Shown here: positions 1 to 12,640 of the stretch, one piece after another
Position numbering within the stretch: the first letter of the stretch is position 1
Layout: each line of letters opens with the position of its first letter
NCBI GenBank assembly: GCA_002269645.1
Contig: NIVC01002327.1
Coordinates: forward strand, 26,852 to 90,851
Length of the DNA stretch: 64,000 nucleotides
Direction: 5' to 3'
DNA from: Macrostomum lignano
Taxonomy: Eukaryota
Made by a program: the position numbers and the translations under genes
The notes under the pieces: model-generated
What the model was told of the DNA's origin: nothing
Seen by the model: only the letters and a program-made list of their open reading frames with translations
The model's database searches: none

Positions 1-36
1 TTAAGGATCAAGTTTAACCCATATAGCAAACACAAA

Positions 37-3000
37 ATGCCATCTAACGGTGACGTGCAGAGCAGCGTGATTCGTATGCGCGGCCTACCCTTCGATGTAA
101 CCCCGGAGACTATTGTTGAATTCTTCGAAGGCTGCGCTGTGAAAGATGGCCAAAAAGGCGTCCATCTGACCCGCGACGGACTCGGCCGGCCGTCCGGCGA
201 GGCCTACGTGGAATTTGACACAGTTGACGACGCTAAATCGGCTATGCAATTCGACCGGAAGCACATTGGCAAGCGCTACGTTGAACTGTTTCCGTCTAAT
301 GAGAACGAGATGAAATTTGTGCTGCCCAGGTCCGGCTCGGATTCCTCGCTGCGCGAGCCCGTGCTGCGCATGCGCGGCCTGCCATTCTCGGCCGATTTCG
401 CCTCTATTAGAGAGTTCTTCCACGGCTACACTATTGTGAAGGACGGCATACTGATGGTCTATAACGATAGCGGCAAGCCGTCTGGCGAGGCCTACGTGCA
501 GTTCACCGCTCCTGACGTTGCTATGCGAGCAATGTCTAAAAACAAGGAGAATATGGGCCACCGTTATATTGAGCTGTTCCCCAGCTCTATGGGCGAGGCC
601 TATGCTGAGGCTAATAGGCAGCAGAGTTTGCAGCAGATGTACTCGGGCGGTGAGTTATTTCTTTATCGTTTTTTGTTTCTTATCATGTTTTTTGCATATC
701 GCTGCTGTTATGGTTAGTGAATCACATTGTGTATCTATCAACTGAATTATACACGGCATCTACTCGCATAGTTTGCGATGCGATCAAAGTATTGCTGGAA
801 ATGGCTAATCGATTGGTTGGTTGGATATGGTCTGTCAGGTAAGTGGTTCCGCGCGTTCGTTTCAATTGATAATCTGGCTGGATTTTCATGGTCATGCGGA
901 GAGGTTGGGTTGGAGCCTGGTTGTGCCGGTTGACTTGTTTATTGGTTAGTTGGTTTAATTGGATTGGATAAATTGATTGGTTTGGACACTTGGTTGGATT
1001 GGATATGCCACATGGTTGGTTGGATTGGCCACATGGTTGAATTGGATATGCCACATGGTTGGTTGGATTGGCCACATGGTTGGTTGGATTGGCCACATGG
1101 TTGGTTGGATTGGCCACATGGTTGGTTGGATTGGCCACATGGTTGGTTGGATTGGCCACATGGTTGGTTGGATATGCCACATGGTTGGTTGGATTGGCCA
1201 CATGGTTGGTTGGATTGGCCACATGGTTGGTTGGATTGGCCACATGGTTGGTTGGATTGGCCACATGGTTGGTTGGATTGGCCACATGGTTGGATTGGCC
1301 ACATGGTTGGTTGGATTGGATTGAATAAATGGATTGGATTAGACACTTGGTTGGATTGGATTGGCCACGGTGGTTGGTGGTTGGATTGGATTGGCCACAT
1401 GGTTTGTTGGATTGGATTGGATTGGCCACGGTGGTTGTTGGTTGGATTGGATTGCCCTCCTGGTTGAATGCACAATGCTCCTCGACTGGGCACTCTGCAG
1501 CAGTTTTATATGGCAGTATAATATAATTAATAAAGCAGCTCACTCGCCCGTCCCATCCCCACTCGAACTGTTATTGTAAACAATATAATAACTACTTGCA
1601 GACTATGCGGGCATCGGTGCCTACGGAGATTATCAACAGCCAGGTGTTGGTTATGCGGGCCCCCCTGGTTATCCTGGCGGACCAATGGCAATGGGTGGCC
1701 GGGTGGCGGGCGGCCCAATGCGGGGCGGGCCTCGGGCCGGTGGGCCCATGCCAATGCGGCCGGGTCTGGGCAGGCCCAGTCCGTATCAGGCTGGGCCGCC
1801 AGCGGGCAGGCGGTTCGGGTCATCGGGCAAGCCGGGTAGTGATTGGGCATCGCGCACTGGCTACTGGGTGCATATGCGCGGCCTGCCCTATTCCGCTACT
1901 GAGCAGGAGATTGCCGAATTTTTCGCCCCTCTGAGCATTGCTCACGTGGAATTGCACTATAACGCGGCCGGTTTGCCCAGCGGCGAAGCTGACGTGGACT
2001 TTTACAACGGCGAGGACGCCGCCTCGGCCATGGCTAAGGATAAGCAGCACATGGGCCCGCGTTATATTGATTTGTTTCTGCACCAGGCTCCGGATAGCGG
2101 CGCCGGCCCAGTCGGATTTGGCAACGGCGGCGGCGGCGTGCCCGGCCTCATGCCTGGCGGCGGCGGCGGATTTGGTGGCGCCGCAGCTGGCGCTGGCTTC
2201 GGCGGCCCCATGGGCGTAGCTCCGCGTGGCGCCTTCCGCGGCGGCATGGGTGGCGGCGGCGGCATGGGACGAGGTGGCGGGGCTTTTAAGGTGAGCAATC
2301 GATTATAATTTGAGCATTTTTGTGCCAATAATAACTGCTTTGGCGGCTACTGCAAGTGGCGCTCTCTCCTGCAGATAGTGGCATTCTTTGGATGCTTATT
2401 GCATCTTACATAGTACTCATTGGAGTAGCTAATGAAGCTCATTGGAGTAGCTAGTGATGCTCATTGGAGTAGCTAGTGATGCTCATTGGAGTAGCTAGTG
2501 ATGCTCATTGGAGTAGCTAGTGATGCTCATTGGAGTAGCTAGTGATGCTCATTGGAGTAGCTAGTGATGCTCATTGGAGTAGCTAGTGATGCTCATTGGA
2601 GTAGCTAGTGATGCTCATTGGAGTAGCTAGTGATGCTCATTGGAGTAGCTAGTGATGCTCATTGGAGTAGCTAGTGATGCTCATTGGAGTAGCTAGTGAT
2701 GCTCATTGGAGTAGCTAGTGATGCTCATTGGAGTAGCTAGTGATGCTCATTGGAGTAGCTAGTGATGCTCATTGGAGTAGCTAGTGATGCTCATTGGAGT
2801 AGCTAGTGATGCTCATTGGAGTAGCTAGTGATGCTCATTGGAGTAGCTAGTGATGCTCATTGGAGTAGCTAGTGATGCTCATTGGAGTAGCTAGTGATGC
2901 TCATTGAAGTAGCTAGTGATGCTCATTGGAGTAGCTAGTGATGCTCATTGGAGTAGCTAGTGATGCTCATTGGAGTAGCTAGTGATGCTCATTGGAGTAG

Positions 3001-4004
3001 CTAGTGATGCTTATTAAAGTAGCTGGAATCCCACTGAAATTTCAGCTGCACCTGCGCGGCCTGCCCTGGTCAGCCGGCGAGCGGGAGATTGTCAACTTTT
3101 TCTATCCGCTGCAGCCGGCCAGAGTCAATGTGCTGCCAGACGCAAGCGGCCGGAGCTCCGGCGAAGCGGATGTGTTCTTTAATACTGCCGACGAGCAGCA
3201 GAAAGCTCTGGCTCGCAACGGCGATTGCCTTGGTGAGCTAGCTGGGATTGCGTTAGGGTTTGAGCAGTGATGGGCTAAGATTTGAGCAGTGACGGGTATT
3301 AGGGTTTGAGCATTGGTGGGTGTTAGGGTTTGAGCATTGGTGGGTGTTAGGGTTTGAGCAGTGACGGGTATTAGGATTTGAGCATTGGCGGGTGCTAGGG
3401 TTTGAGCAGTGACGGGTATTAGGGTTTGAGCATTGGTGGGTGTTAGGGTTTGAGCAGTGACGGGTATTAGGGTTTGAGCATTGGCGGGTGTTAGGGTTTG
3501 AGCAGTGACATGGGTGTTAGGGTTTGAGCAGTGACATGGGTGTTAGGGTTTGAGCAGTGACGGGTATTAGGGTTTGAGCATTGGTGGGTGTTAGGGTTTG
3601 AGCAGTGACGGGTATTAGGGTTTGAGCATTGGCGGGTGTTAGGGTTTGAGCAGTGACGGGTATTAGGGTTTGAGCATTGGCGGGTGTTAGGGTTTGAGCA
3701 CTGACATGGGTGTTAGGGTTTGAGCAGTGACGGGTTTTAGGGTTTGAGCATTGGTGGGTGTTAGGGTTTGAGCAGTGACGGGTATTAGGGTTTGAGCAGT
3801 GATGAGATAAATTTTGAGCAGTCACGTGACACGTGACAGTTTTGTGTTGAATTTTTACGTCTGGTTCAGCAGTGTTGACTTCAGACTTTCTGTACAGATT
3901 AATACATGGATTTAATAGGCTCAGATCTACTCGCGTACATTGTGCACTTTAAACAAAAAAACATTCCAGGCACCCGCTACATTGAGATTTTCCTCCGCTA
4001 CTGA
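37..4004 (+). CDS. HNRNPF/H-like: hnRNP F/H (glorund/GRSF1-family) RNA-binding protein with four qRRMs, 507 aa, 4 exons
   Basis: Exons 37-649, 1602-2290, 3046-3232, 3970-4004. All junctions are GT-AG with matching phases (1,0,1); 1524 nt total, open to TGA. qRRM signatures (L/M)RGLP(F/Y/W)...SGEA(Y/D)V.F...RYI/VE/DLF occur four times, with Gly/Pro/Met and RGG-rich linkers. Confidence 0.92.
985..1450. repeat. 21-bp minisatellite (TGGTTGGTTGGATTGGCCACA)n in hnRNP intron 1
   Basis: About 15 near-perfect units with degenerate flanks; explains the overlapping ORFs in the track. Confidence 0.95.
2416..3011. repeat. 22-bp minisatellite (GCTCATTGGAGTAGCTAGTGAT)n in hnRNP intron 2
   Basis: About 27 nearly identical units, ending about 35 nt before the exon 3 acceptor. 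Confidence 0.95.
3252..3802. repeat. 24-bp minisatellite containing TTAGGG (GGGTATTAGGGTTTGAGCAGTGAC and variants) in hnRNP intron 3
   Basis: About 22 units with alternating CAGTGAC/CATTGGT variants. Confidence 0.93.
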
Positions 4005-4765
4005 GTGACTCGTGCTCACGCAGCCACGGTGACGTAGACTTAAAAAAGCAAAACAATTTCTTTTTGTAAAACTTGCAATTCTAATATAACTTTTCTTTTG
4101 TTACATAATCATACAATTCCCTAATTGTTGTTGTAACTGTTTATAATGCTTTTAGTTTAACAATATTCATAATTCAATTGTCCCAAATTATAGTAGCCGA
4201 CTTTGCCCGGTAATTACAGTTGTGTGTTCAGGGTAGACAAGCTAAGGGTAAGCTATTAATAACCAATGTTTATTTATCTATTCTAATGTTGCACAATTTA
4301 TCCCCACTACCGTTGTGTGTACAGGTCTTGTCTGTCTGTTCTGGCAATTTTCCAGCTTATCCATATTTAGCCTGCTTATTTTTTGTTCATGTATTATTCA
4401 GTGTTTTTATATCAGCTTCAGTCCTTTGTCTAAATTAATCTTGTGGGTAAGTTAAATTAATATCAAAATTAGCGAACTCTGCATCATTTCTGCTATACAG
4501 GAAATTTAGTAATTTCATTAAGGTACGCCGGCACCTTTGTTCTCACTCTAGTAGCTAGCTGTCTAAAATTCACTCCTTCAGCTCGCTTCGCAACCGTTTC
4601 TTGCGCTTTTTTCTATTGTTCAGCTTTTTGTTGTTGAAACACTCGTCTGACAAAAAGCAGAAATACAAAAACGACTGCGTTCCGCAAATTGCACCTCAGC
4701 GTTCTGCTCCACTGATGTCTCATTGTAGTTGTTTTGCCATTTGTTCAGGACAGACTCTGAGTAGA

Positions 4766-6066
4766 CAGTAAACAGGGCAGGATAGACTGTAAACAGGACA
4801 GGATGGACTGTAAACAGGACAGGATAGACTGTAAACAGGGCATGATAGGCAGTAAACAAGACAGGGTAGGCAGTAAACAGGACAGGATAGACTGTAAACA
4901 AGACAGGGTAGGCTGTAAACAGGACAGGATGGACTGTAAACAGGACAGGATAGACTGTAAACAGGACAGGATGGACTGTAAACAGGGCAGGATGGACTGT
5001 AAACAGGACAGGATGGACTGTAAACAGGCCAGGATAGACTGTAAACAGGACAGGATAGACTGTAAACAGGACAGGGTAGGCAGTAAACAGGGCAGGATAG
5101 GCATTAAACAGGAGGATAGGCTGTAAACAGGACACGATAGGCTGTAAACAGGACAGGATAGACTGTAAACAGGGCAGGACAGGCAGTAAACAGGACAGGA
5201 TGGACTGTAAACAGGGCAGGATAGACTGTAAACAGGGCAGGATGGACTGTAAACAGGGCAGGATGGACTGTAAACAGGGCAGGATGGACTGTAAACAGGG
5301 CAGGATAGACTGTAAACAGGACAGGATAGACTGTAAACAGGGCAGGACAGGCAGTAAACAGGACAGGATGGACTGTAAACAGGGCAGGACAGGCAGTAAA
5401 CAGGACAGGATGGACTGTAAACAGGGCAGGATAGACTGTAAATAGGGCAGGATAGACTGTAAACAGGACAGGGTAGGCAGTAAACAGGACAGGATAGACT
5501 GTAAACAGGGCAGGACAGGCAGTAAACAGGACAGGATGGACTGTAAACAGGGCAGGATAGACTGTAAATAGGGCAGGATAGACTGTAAACAGGACAGGGT
5601 AGGCAGTAAACAGGACAGGATAGACTGTAAACAGGGCAGGATAGACTGTAAACAGGGCAGGATAGACTGTAAATAGGGCAGGACAGGCAGTAAACAGGGC
5701 AGGATAGACTGTAAACAGGGCAGGATAGACTGTAAATAGGGCAGGACAGGCAGTAAACAGGGCAGGATAGACTGTAAACAGGGCAGGATAGACTGTAAAC
5801 AGGACAGGATAGACTGTAAACAGGGCAGGACAGGCAGTAAACAGGACAGGATGGACTGTAAACAGGGCAGGACAGGCAGTAAACAGGACAGGATGGACTG
5901 TAAACAGGGCAGGATAGACTGTAAATAGGGCAGGACAGGCAGTAAACAGGGCAGGATAGACTGTAAACAGGACAGGATAGACTGTAAACAGGACAGGATA
6001 GACTGTAAACAGGGCAGGACAGGCAGTAAACAGGACAGGATGGACTGTAAACAGGACAGGATGGAC
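4766..6066. repeat. 21-bp intergenic minisatellite (CTGTAAACAGGACAGGATAGA)n
   Basis: About 60 units with variants; source of the spurious 510 aa and 448 aa minus-strand ORFs. Confidence 0.95.
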
Positions 6067-6168
6067 AGAGTACTGACTGGATTACAAACATGCAGGCTCA
6101 ATCGCACCAGGCCGCTGTTTCTAATATTCCAGCAGCGCCACTGAGCCAACATAGGCTAAGCCAGCAGC

Positions 6169-9100
6169 ATGAACCGCACAGCCTACGAGGCCCAGATTCG
6201 TCAGGCCGAATCGGTCAGCCTTCGCGAACTCGAATTGCTGCTCAGCCGGCACGATGAGGCATTCGAATTCGCTGCCGACGGCACTGGCGTTGATCTGCCA
6301 GATTTGAACAGCCTGCTGCACCGGCTGCGCGCTCGGTACGCCGTGGCCGGCCTGTGCGACCTGGCGCCTAACCAGCTCCGCATGACTGTGCGTCTCATTG
6401 CCCGGGTAGCAACTGTTGCTGGGCAGCCGAAACAGCCGCAGCAACGCTTCATCTTTGCCAAAGAGGCCGCTGGAGCTTTGCTTGACACTTTAATTGATTA
6501 TTATTTCGATGGCCGGCGGTCAGCTTTTTTTGAGGCTCATCGGCAGGCGATGTCAGCCGCTTTGGACGCCGCGGCTGGCGAACTCCTGGGCCTGCTGCGC
6601 TCCTCCGACTGCCTGACCGCTGGTGAGATTTTCATTAATTTAGTCACGGCAGCCATCCTCCAGCAACAGTCGCAGGGGCCTCTGTAGCTGGCGCCCCCTC
6701 TGTAGCTGGCGCCCCCTCTGTAGCTGGCGCCCCCTCTGTAGCTGGCGCCCCCCTGTAGCTGGCGCCCCCTCTGTTGCTGGCGCCCCCCTGTAGCTGGCGC
6801 CCCCTCTGTAGCTGGCGCCCCCTCTGTAGCTGGCGCCCCCTCTGTAGCTGGCGCCCCCTCTGTAGCTGGCGCCCCCTCTGTAGCTGGCGCCCCCCTGTAG
6901 CTGGCGCCCCCTCTGTAGCTGGCGCCCCCTCTGTAGCTGGCGCCCCTCTGTAGCTGGCGCCCCCTCTGTAGCTGGCGCCCCTCTGTAGCTGGCGCCCCCT
7001 CTGTAGCTGGCGCCCCCTCTGTAGCTGGCGCCCCCTCTGTAGCTGGCGCCCCCTCTGTAGCTGGCGCCCCCTCTGTAGCTGGCGCCCCCTCTGTAGCTGG
7101 CGCCCCTCTGTACTGTAGCTGTGCCCCCTCTGTACTGTAGCTGTGCCCCCTCTGTACTGTAGCTGGCGCCCTCTGTACTGTAGCTGTGCCCCCTCTGTAC
7201 TGTAGCTGGCGCCCTCTGTACTGTAGCTGGCGCCCTCTGTACTGTAGCTGGCGCCCTCTGTACTGTAGCTGTGCCCCCTCTGTACTGTAGCTGGCGCCCT
7301 CTGTACTGTAGCTGGCGCCCCTCTGTAGCTGTGCCCACTCTGCTGCTGGGCTCTAGCTCGCGCCCCCTAGCTTTGCCTCCTGTACGTTTTAGGGAATCTA
7401 TTTGCACCTAACTGCACCTACACAATGAAACGCCTATTCAATTTCGCAGCCTCAGCCGAATCGCTAATTGGGCAGGCGACTCGCGAGCTGTCAAGTCCGC
7501 AGGGTGGCGGCGAGCGGGCCAGCCCGGCGAGGCGGCTACAGTGCTTGGCCTTTCTCACTCGCCTAGCCGACGCTTGTCGCCAGCAAAAGCAGCAGAAGCA
7601 AGCGTCATCGTTGTTGCTATCTGACGATCGCCTGCACGCCTGCCTGTGCGCCTTGGTTGACATCCTTCGCTGGCCTGGCCGCGCCTGGCTCTCCGGCGAG
7701 TTCGGCGGCGGCGGCGGCTCGCCCGCATCGGCTGTCGGCGGCGTCAGCGCTGCCTCGGCGGCTGCAGTGACGGAGGTTGACGGGCAGCCAGTTGGTCAGC
7801 AGGTTGGTCAGCAGTTTCTCACCTGCGCACATCAGGTAATTGGGGGAGTGTGGGGAAGGGATATTATCAAATTATTTAGTTCGCATTATTCAACAAATTC
7901 CAATTGTTGGTGCTTTCTATCGGACGCGCAAGAAATGTTACTAACAGTAGTGTACTGGCGCTCTGACGTGGCCTTTTTCCCCACAGTTCCCGCACTGGAA
8001 CCCCGACTTGGAGTTAAGCCACGCCGCTTTCTCCGTTCTCCGACGCTGGCTGCTCTGCCTGCTGGAATGCAGCAGCCCGGCCGGCGTCGCCCGCACCGGG
8101 CTGGCCGGGAAATCGGACTTGCACAGCCTGTGCTGGCAGCTGCTGGATCAGTGCGAGAGAAAACCGGCTGCTCAAGCCGACGCCGAGTCCGTTATGCCCG
8201 CCCTGCTCAATGAGACTGCCGAACTGGCCTCTCTATTGTGCCGCCTGGACTCCGGCCTGCTGGCCAGGTATTTCACCCGGATGGAGGGTCTCTACGCCCA
8301 GCTGCTTGGACCGGCGCCTCCGCCTGCGCAGGTTTGTTGCGTTGAATAATAAGCCAAAGTTGTCGGACAGTTAGGGAGCGGCTAAAGTGACCGGCCAGTA
8401 GGGAGCGGCCAGTAGGTTGCGGCCAGTAGGGGAGCGGCCAGTAGCGAGCGGCTAAAGTGGCCGAATAGTAGTGAGCGGCTAAAGTGACCGAATAGTAGTG
8501 AGCGGCTAAAGTGACCGAATAGTACATGTAGGGAGCAGCTAAAGTGACCGGCCAGTAGGGAGCGGCTAAAGTGACCGGCCAGTAGGGAGCGGCTAAAGTG
8601 ACCGGCCAGTAGGGAGCGGCTTAAAAGTGACCGGTCAGTAGGGAGCGGCTAAAGTGACCGGTCAGTAGGGAGCGGCTAAAGTGACCGGTCAGTAGGGAGC
8701 GGCTAAAGGGACCGGCCAGTAGGGAGCGGCTAAAGTGACCGGCCAGTAGGGAGCGGCTAAAGTGACCGGTCAGTAGGGAGCGGCTAAAGTGACCGGCCAG
8801 TAGGGAGCGGCTAAAGTGACCGGCCAGTAGGGAGCGGCTAAAGTGACCGGTCAGTAGGGAGCGGCTAAAGTGACCGGCCAGTAGGGAGCGGCTAAAGTGA
8901 CCGGCCAGTAGGGAGCAGCAAAACTTTCAGCGGCCAAATCTATCTTCTCTGAATTTCAAGTCGGCCTGGTCTGCTTGTGCCATTATCGCTGTGTTAGTAT
9001 TTTATGTAAAAAAATCATAACAGTGGTAATTTGCTAATGTGAATTCACCCATTCCACAGTCGGCAACGCTGCACGTGACACTGGCAAGATTTTTATTAAC

Positions 9101-12100
9101 TCACCACGCCAGCGTTGGCAAAGACGCTCCGCAATTCCTCGCGCCGCTGTACACAGTCTGCATCGATCGGCTGATTAATTCGCAAGAGTTCTGCTTAGAA
9201 CTGCTCCGGTTCACTGCCGATAATGCCGAACCATTATGCTGGGAGCATGGAATCACTGTCCGCCATTTTCCCAGCCTCATCAAACTGCTAGCCAGGTGGC
9301 CGTCTACCTTTGCTGACATGTTTGCCGATAAGATCCTGCCAGCTTGCCTGTCGCCCGCCTGCAGCCTGGAGATGCTGCACTGCCTCATCGATTTGCCCTG
9401 TCTGTCTGCTCTGTACGAGTTGAATCGGTTGGAATCGCTGGGTCCGGATTTTATTGCGCAACTCCCTGCTAATGTGAGTGTTACCTAATGTGAGTGTTGC
9501 CTAATGTGAGTGTTGCCTAATGTGAGTGTTGCCTAATGTGAGTGTTGCCTAATGTGAGTGTTGCCTAATGCGAGTGTTGCCTAATGTGAATGTTGCCTAA
9601 TGTGAGTGTTACCTAATGTGAGTGTTGCCTAATGCGAGTGTTGCCTAATGCGAGTGTTGCCTAATGTGAGTGTTGCCTAATGTGAGTGTTGCCTAATGTG
9701 AGTGTTGCCTAATGTGAGTGTTGCCTAATGTGAGTGTTGCCTAATGCGAGTGTTGCCTAATGCGAGTGTTGCCTAATGTGAGTGTTGCCTAATGTGAGTG
9801 TTGCCTAATGTGAGTGTTGCCTAATGTGAGTGTTGCCTAATGTGAGTGTTGCCTAATGTGAGTGTTGCCTAATGTGAGTGTTGCCTAATGTGAGTGTTGC
9901 CTAATGTGAGTGTTGCCTAATGTGAGTGTTGCCTAATGCGAGTGTTGCCTAATGTGAGTGTTGCCTAATGTGAGTGTTGCCTAATGTGAGTGTTGCCTAA
10001 TGTGAGTGTTGCCTAATGTGAGTGTTGCCTAATGTGAGTGTTGCCTAATGCGAGTGTTGCCTAATGTGAGTGTTGCCTAATGCGAGTGTTGCCTAATGCG
10101 AGTGTTGCCTAATGTGAGTGTTGCCTAATGTGAATGTTGCCTAATGTGAGTGTTGCCTAATGTGAGTGTTGCCTAATGCGAGTGTTGCCTAATGCGAGTG
10201 TTGCCTAATGTGAGTGTTGCCTAATGTGAGTGTTGCCTAATGTGAGTGTTGCCTAATGTGAGTGTTGCCTAATGCGAGTGTTGCCTAATGCGAGTGTTGC
10301 CTAATGCGAGTGTTGCCTAATGCGAGTGTTGCCTAATGCGAGTGTTGCCTAATGCGAGTGTTGCCTAATGTGAGTGAGGGCACGCACTCAAACACACGCT
10401 CCCACAGTGTGTACAGTGGGCTAGTCCTGGCTTTCTAATCGTCAAACATGTACACCCTCTGTGCCTTGTAGGTTGGCCCTAATGGCTGTGAATCAAATGT
10501 GGCTCTCTGTCCCCCTCATCGACGTCTGCTTTTACAACTATCACATGAAGCTGGCATGTGTTGGGTCTTAGGTGGCTTCATCTGTTTGTCGACTTTACGA
10601 GTCTGTGATAAAACCTTATTTGATGCAGTGGTCTGGCTCAGCGGCCCGGGCTTGATTCCAAGTGTAGTCAAATTACGAGCGTAATTTGGGGCTAAATTGG
10701 AATCTCGGCTTGAATCTGTTCGTGCAATCAAAGTCCTTGTAGGCCACCCCAAGACACAATGAAGCGTACATGCCTAACGATAAAAAATAAGGTTAGGGCC
10801 GCTGTTCGCGGGCCTGTATCTGTGCGCTTGTGTGCCTGCTCAGGGTGGAATGGGCAGTAATGCCTCTCGCCGGTTGTGTCTCGCCTCTCGCGAGATGCCT
10901 CTCGCTCGCACACAGCCCCCCGCCTCTGTAACTGAAACACTCTACACTACTCTCTAACTTACAACAGATTCAGCCTTACGCTCTGTTCCTGACTCGTGAC
11001 ACCTCCGGCGCAGGCGACACTGCCGCTAAGCTTGAAGTGCTGTTTGACTATCTGTCCGGCCAGCAGCGGCAGCAGCAGCGGCAACAGCAGCAAACTACAG
11101 GTGGGCCGCTTGTTGCCGCCGCCTGCTCTGCCAGTCTCCGCCTATTGGACGAATTCGCCAATTTGATTTTGCTGCTGACAGCAGATGAAGTCTACAGCTC
11201 CGATGCCATTGACGATGTCGGCGGCGGCGGCGATTGCGGCGACTGTTCGAGCCGGATGCTGCCCGCTCTGGCCGAGCGCAGCCTGCTGGTGTTCGGCGGA
11301 CATCGACACGCCGACGCCGTGGCCAGACGGTTGGCCCTGCTGGCTCGCCGACTGATTGATCGGCGGCCGAGGGCGCTGCTGGACCAGCTGGACGAGTGCC
11401 TGGACTTCGCCGCGGCCCAGTGGAAGCGAGCAATTGGCCGGGCGCTGCCGATGTACCTCACTTTGTTGTGGGGCTTTGGCGAAGCCTGCAGCAGACGACG
11501 CGCGGACAATGACGAGTTGGACGGCGCGGATTCTGGCGAGGTGGGCGGCGAAAGCGAGGCTCAGCGCATCGCCCGACTGTACGAGTGCCTGGAACTGTTG
11601 GCCTACGAGATTCTGGCCGCGAAACTGGGCTGGTCGGCTCTGCCGCCCCGATTTTGGTGCTGTCTGGCCACCAGCCTGGCCAAGGTGGCCTGCTCTGTAC
11701 AGGTGAGCCCTGGTGCTACTGGTGCTGTTGAGGTTGGGCATATGGAGCTGCAGACAGACCGAAAGCTAGGGTCATGATTCCGGGCTCAGCTGAGTGGGTC
11801 ATGATTCCGGCGTCAGCAGTGGGTCAGGATTCCGGCGTCAGCAGTGGGTCAGGATTCCGGCGTCAGCAGTGGGTCAGGATTCCGGCGTCAGCAGTGGATC
11901 ATGATTCCGGCGTCAGCAGTGGGTCATGATTCCGGCGTCAGCAGTGGATCATGATTCCGGCGTCAGCAGTGGATCATGATTCCGGGCTAATCAGGAAGGC
12001 ATTTAGGTGTGGGGTTAATCAGGAAGGCATTTAGGTGTGGGGTTAATCAGGGAGCCATTCAGGTGTGGGGCTAATCAGGGAGCCATTTAAGTGGGGCTAA

Positions 12101-12590
12101 TCAGGGAGCCATTTAAGTGGGGCTAATCAGGGAGCCATTTAAGTGGGGCTAATCAGGGAGCCATTTAAGTGGGGCTAATCAGGGAGCCATTTAAGTGGGG
12201 CTAATCAGGGAGCCATTTAAGTGGGGCTAATCAGGGAGCCATTTAAGTGGGGCTAATCAGGGAGCCATTCAGGTGCGGGGCTAATCAAGCTTCCACGGCT
12301 TTACACCATATTCCCGCTAGGACAATATGCACCGGTGCCTGCTAGTGCTGACTAAGATTCGGACCTACGCCGAGTCCTGCCCACCGTCGCCTGACTGCGG
12401 CTACGCAGAGATTCAATGCCTGCTCACCCGGCTAGGGGAACTGCTGGCCCTTCTGCGTCAGCCAACTGTTGGACCGCACGTTCTGCAGCCCGACTGGTCA
12501 ACGGCGCTTGAAGGCCTTCGGGCGCACGAGAATCCGCAGTCTGTGGCCCGAGTTACTCAGCTGGTTACTAGGCTTGGGCTCGAACTGTAG
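6169..12590 (+). CDS. AP5Z1: AP-5 complex subunit zeta-1 (SPG48 homolog), 867 aa, 6 exons
   Basis: Exons 6169-6622, 7450-7835, 7987-8331, 9060-9473, 10968-11702, 12321-12590; phases 1,0,0,0,0 are consistent (2604 nt). Segments VTEVDG, AFSVLRRWL, LARFLLTH, FPSLIKLLA, LEMLHCLIDLPCL, LFDYL and LLVLTKIRTYA match the recalled human AP5Z1 sequence in order. Confidence 0.88.
6679..7336. repeat. 18-bp minisatellite (CTGTAGCTGGCGCCCCCT)n, with a TACTG-extended variant at the 3' end, in AP5Z1 intron 1
   Basis: Tandem units with a variable C-run. Confidence 0.95.
8372..8915. repeat. 27-bp minisatellite (GTAGGGAGCGGCTAAAGTGACCGGCCA)n in AP5Z1 intron 3
   Basis: About 18 units, degenerate at the 5' end. 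Confidence 0.95.
9471..10376. repeat. 16-bp minisatellite (AATGTGAGTGTTGCCT)n starting at the AP5Z1 exon 4/intron 4 junction
   Basis: About 56 units; the first unit contains the real donor AAT|GTGAGT at 9473/9474. Confidence 0.95.
11769..12290. repeat. Compound array in AP5Z1 intron 5: 25-bp (GTGGGTCATGATTCCGGCGTCAGCA)n, then 26-bp (GTGGGGCTAATCAGGGAGCCATTTAA)n
   Basis: Unit switch near 11985. Confidence 0.92.
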
Positions 12591-12640
12591 TGATTTAAAA
12601 CTGAACAGTTAGTTGGGTAGAACAACAAGGGTTCACTAGG

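Noticed and set aside
3252-3802. Telomere or interstitial telomeric tract
   Set aside because: TTAGGG is a single hexamer within a 24-bp unit, not tandem (TTAGGG)n. The (TTAG)n at 32100-32545 is likewise an ordinary microsatellite.
11012-11014. Acceptor GCGCAG at 11013 for AP5Z1 exon 5
   Set aside because: Phase 1 does not match the phase 0 donor of exon 4; the AG at 10967 fits.
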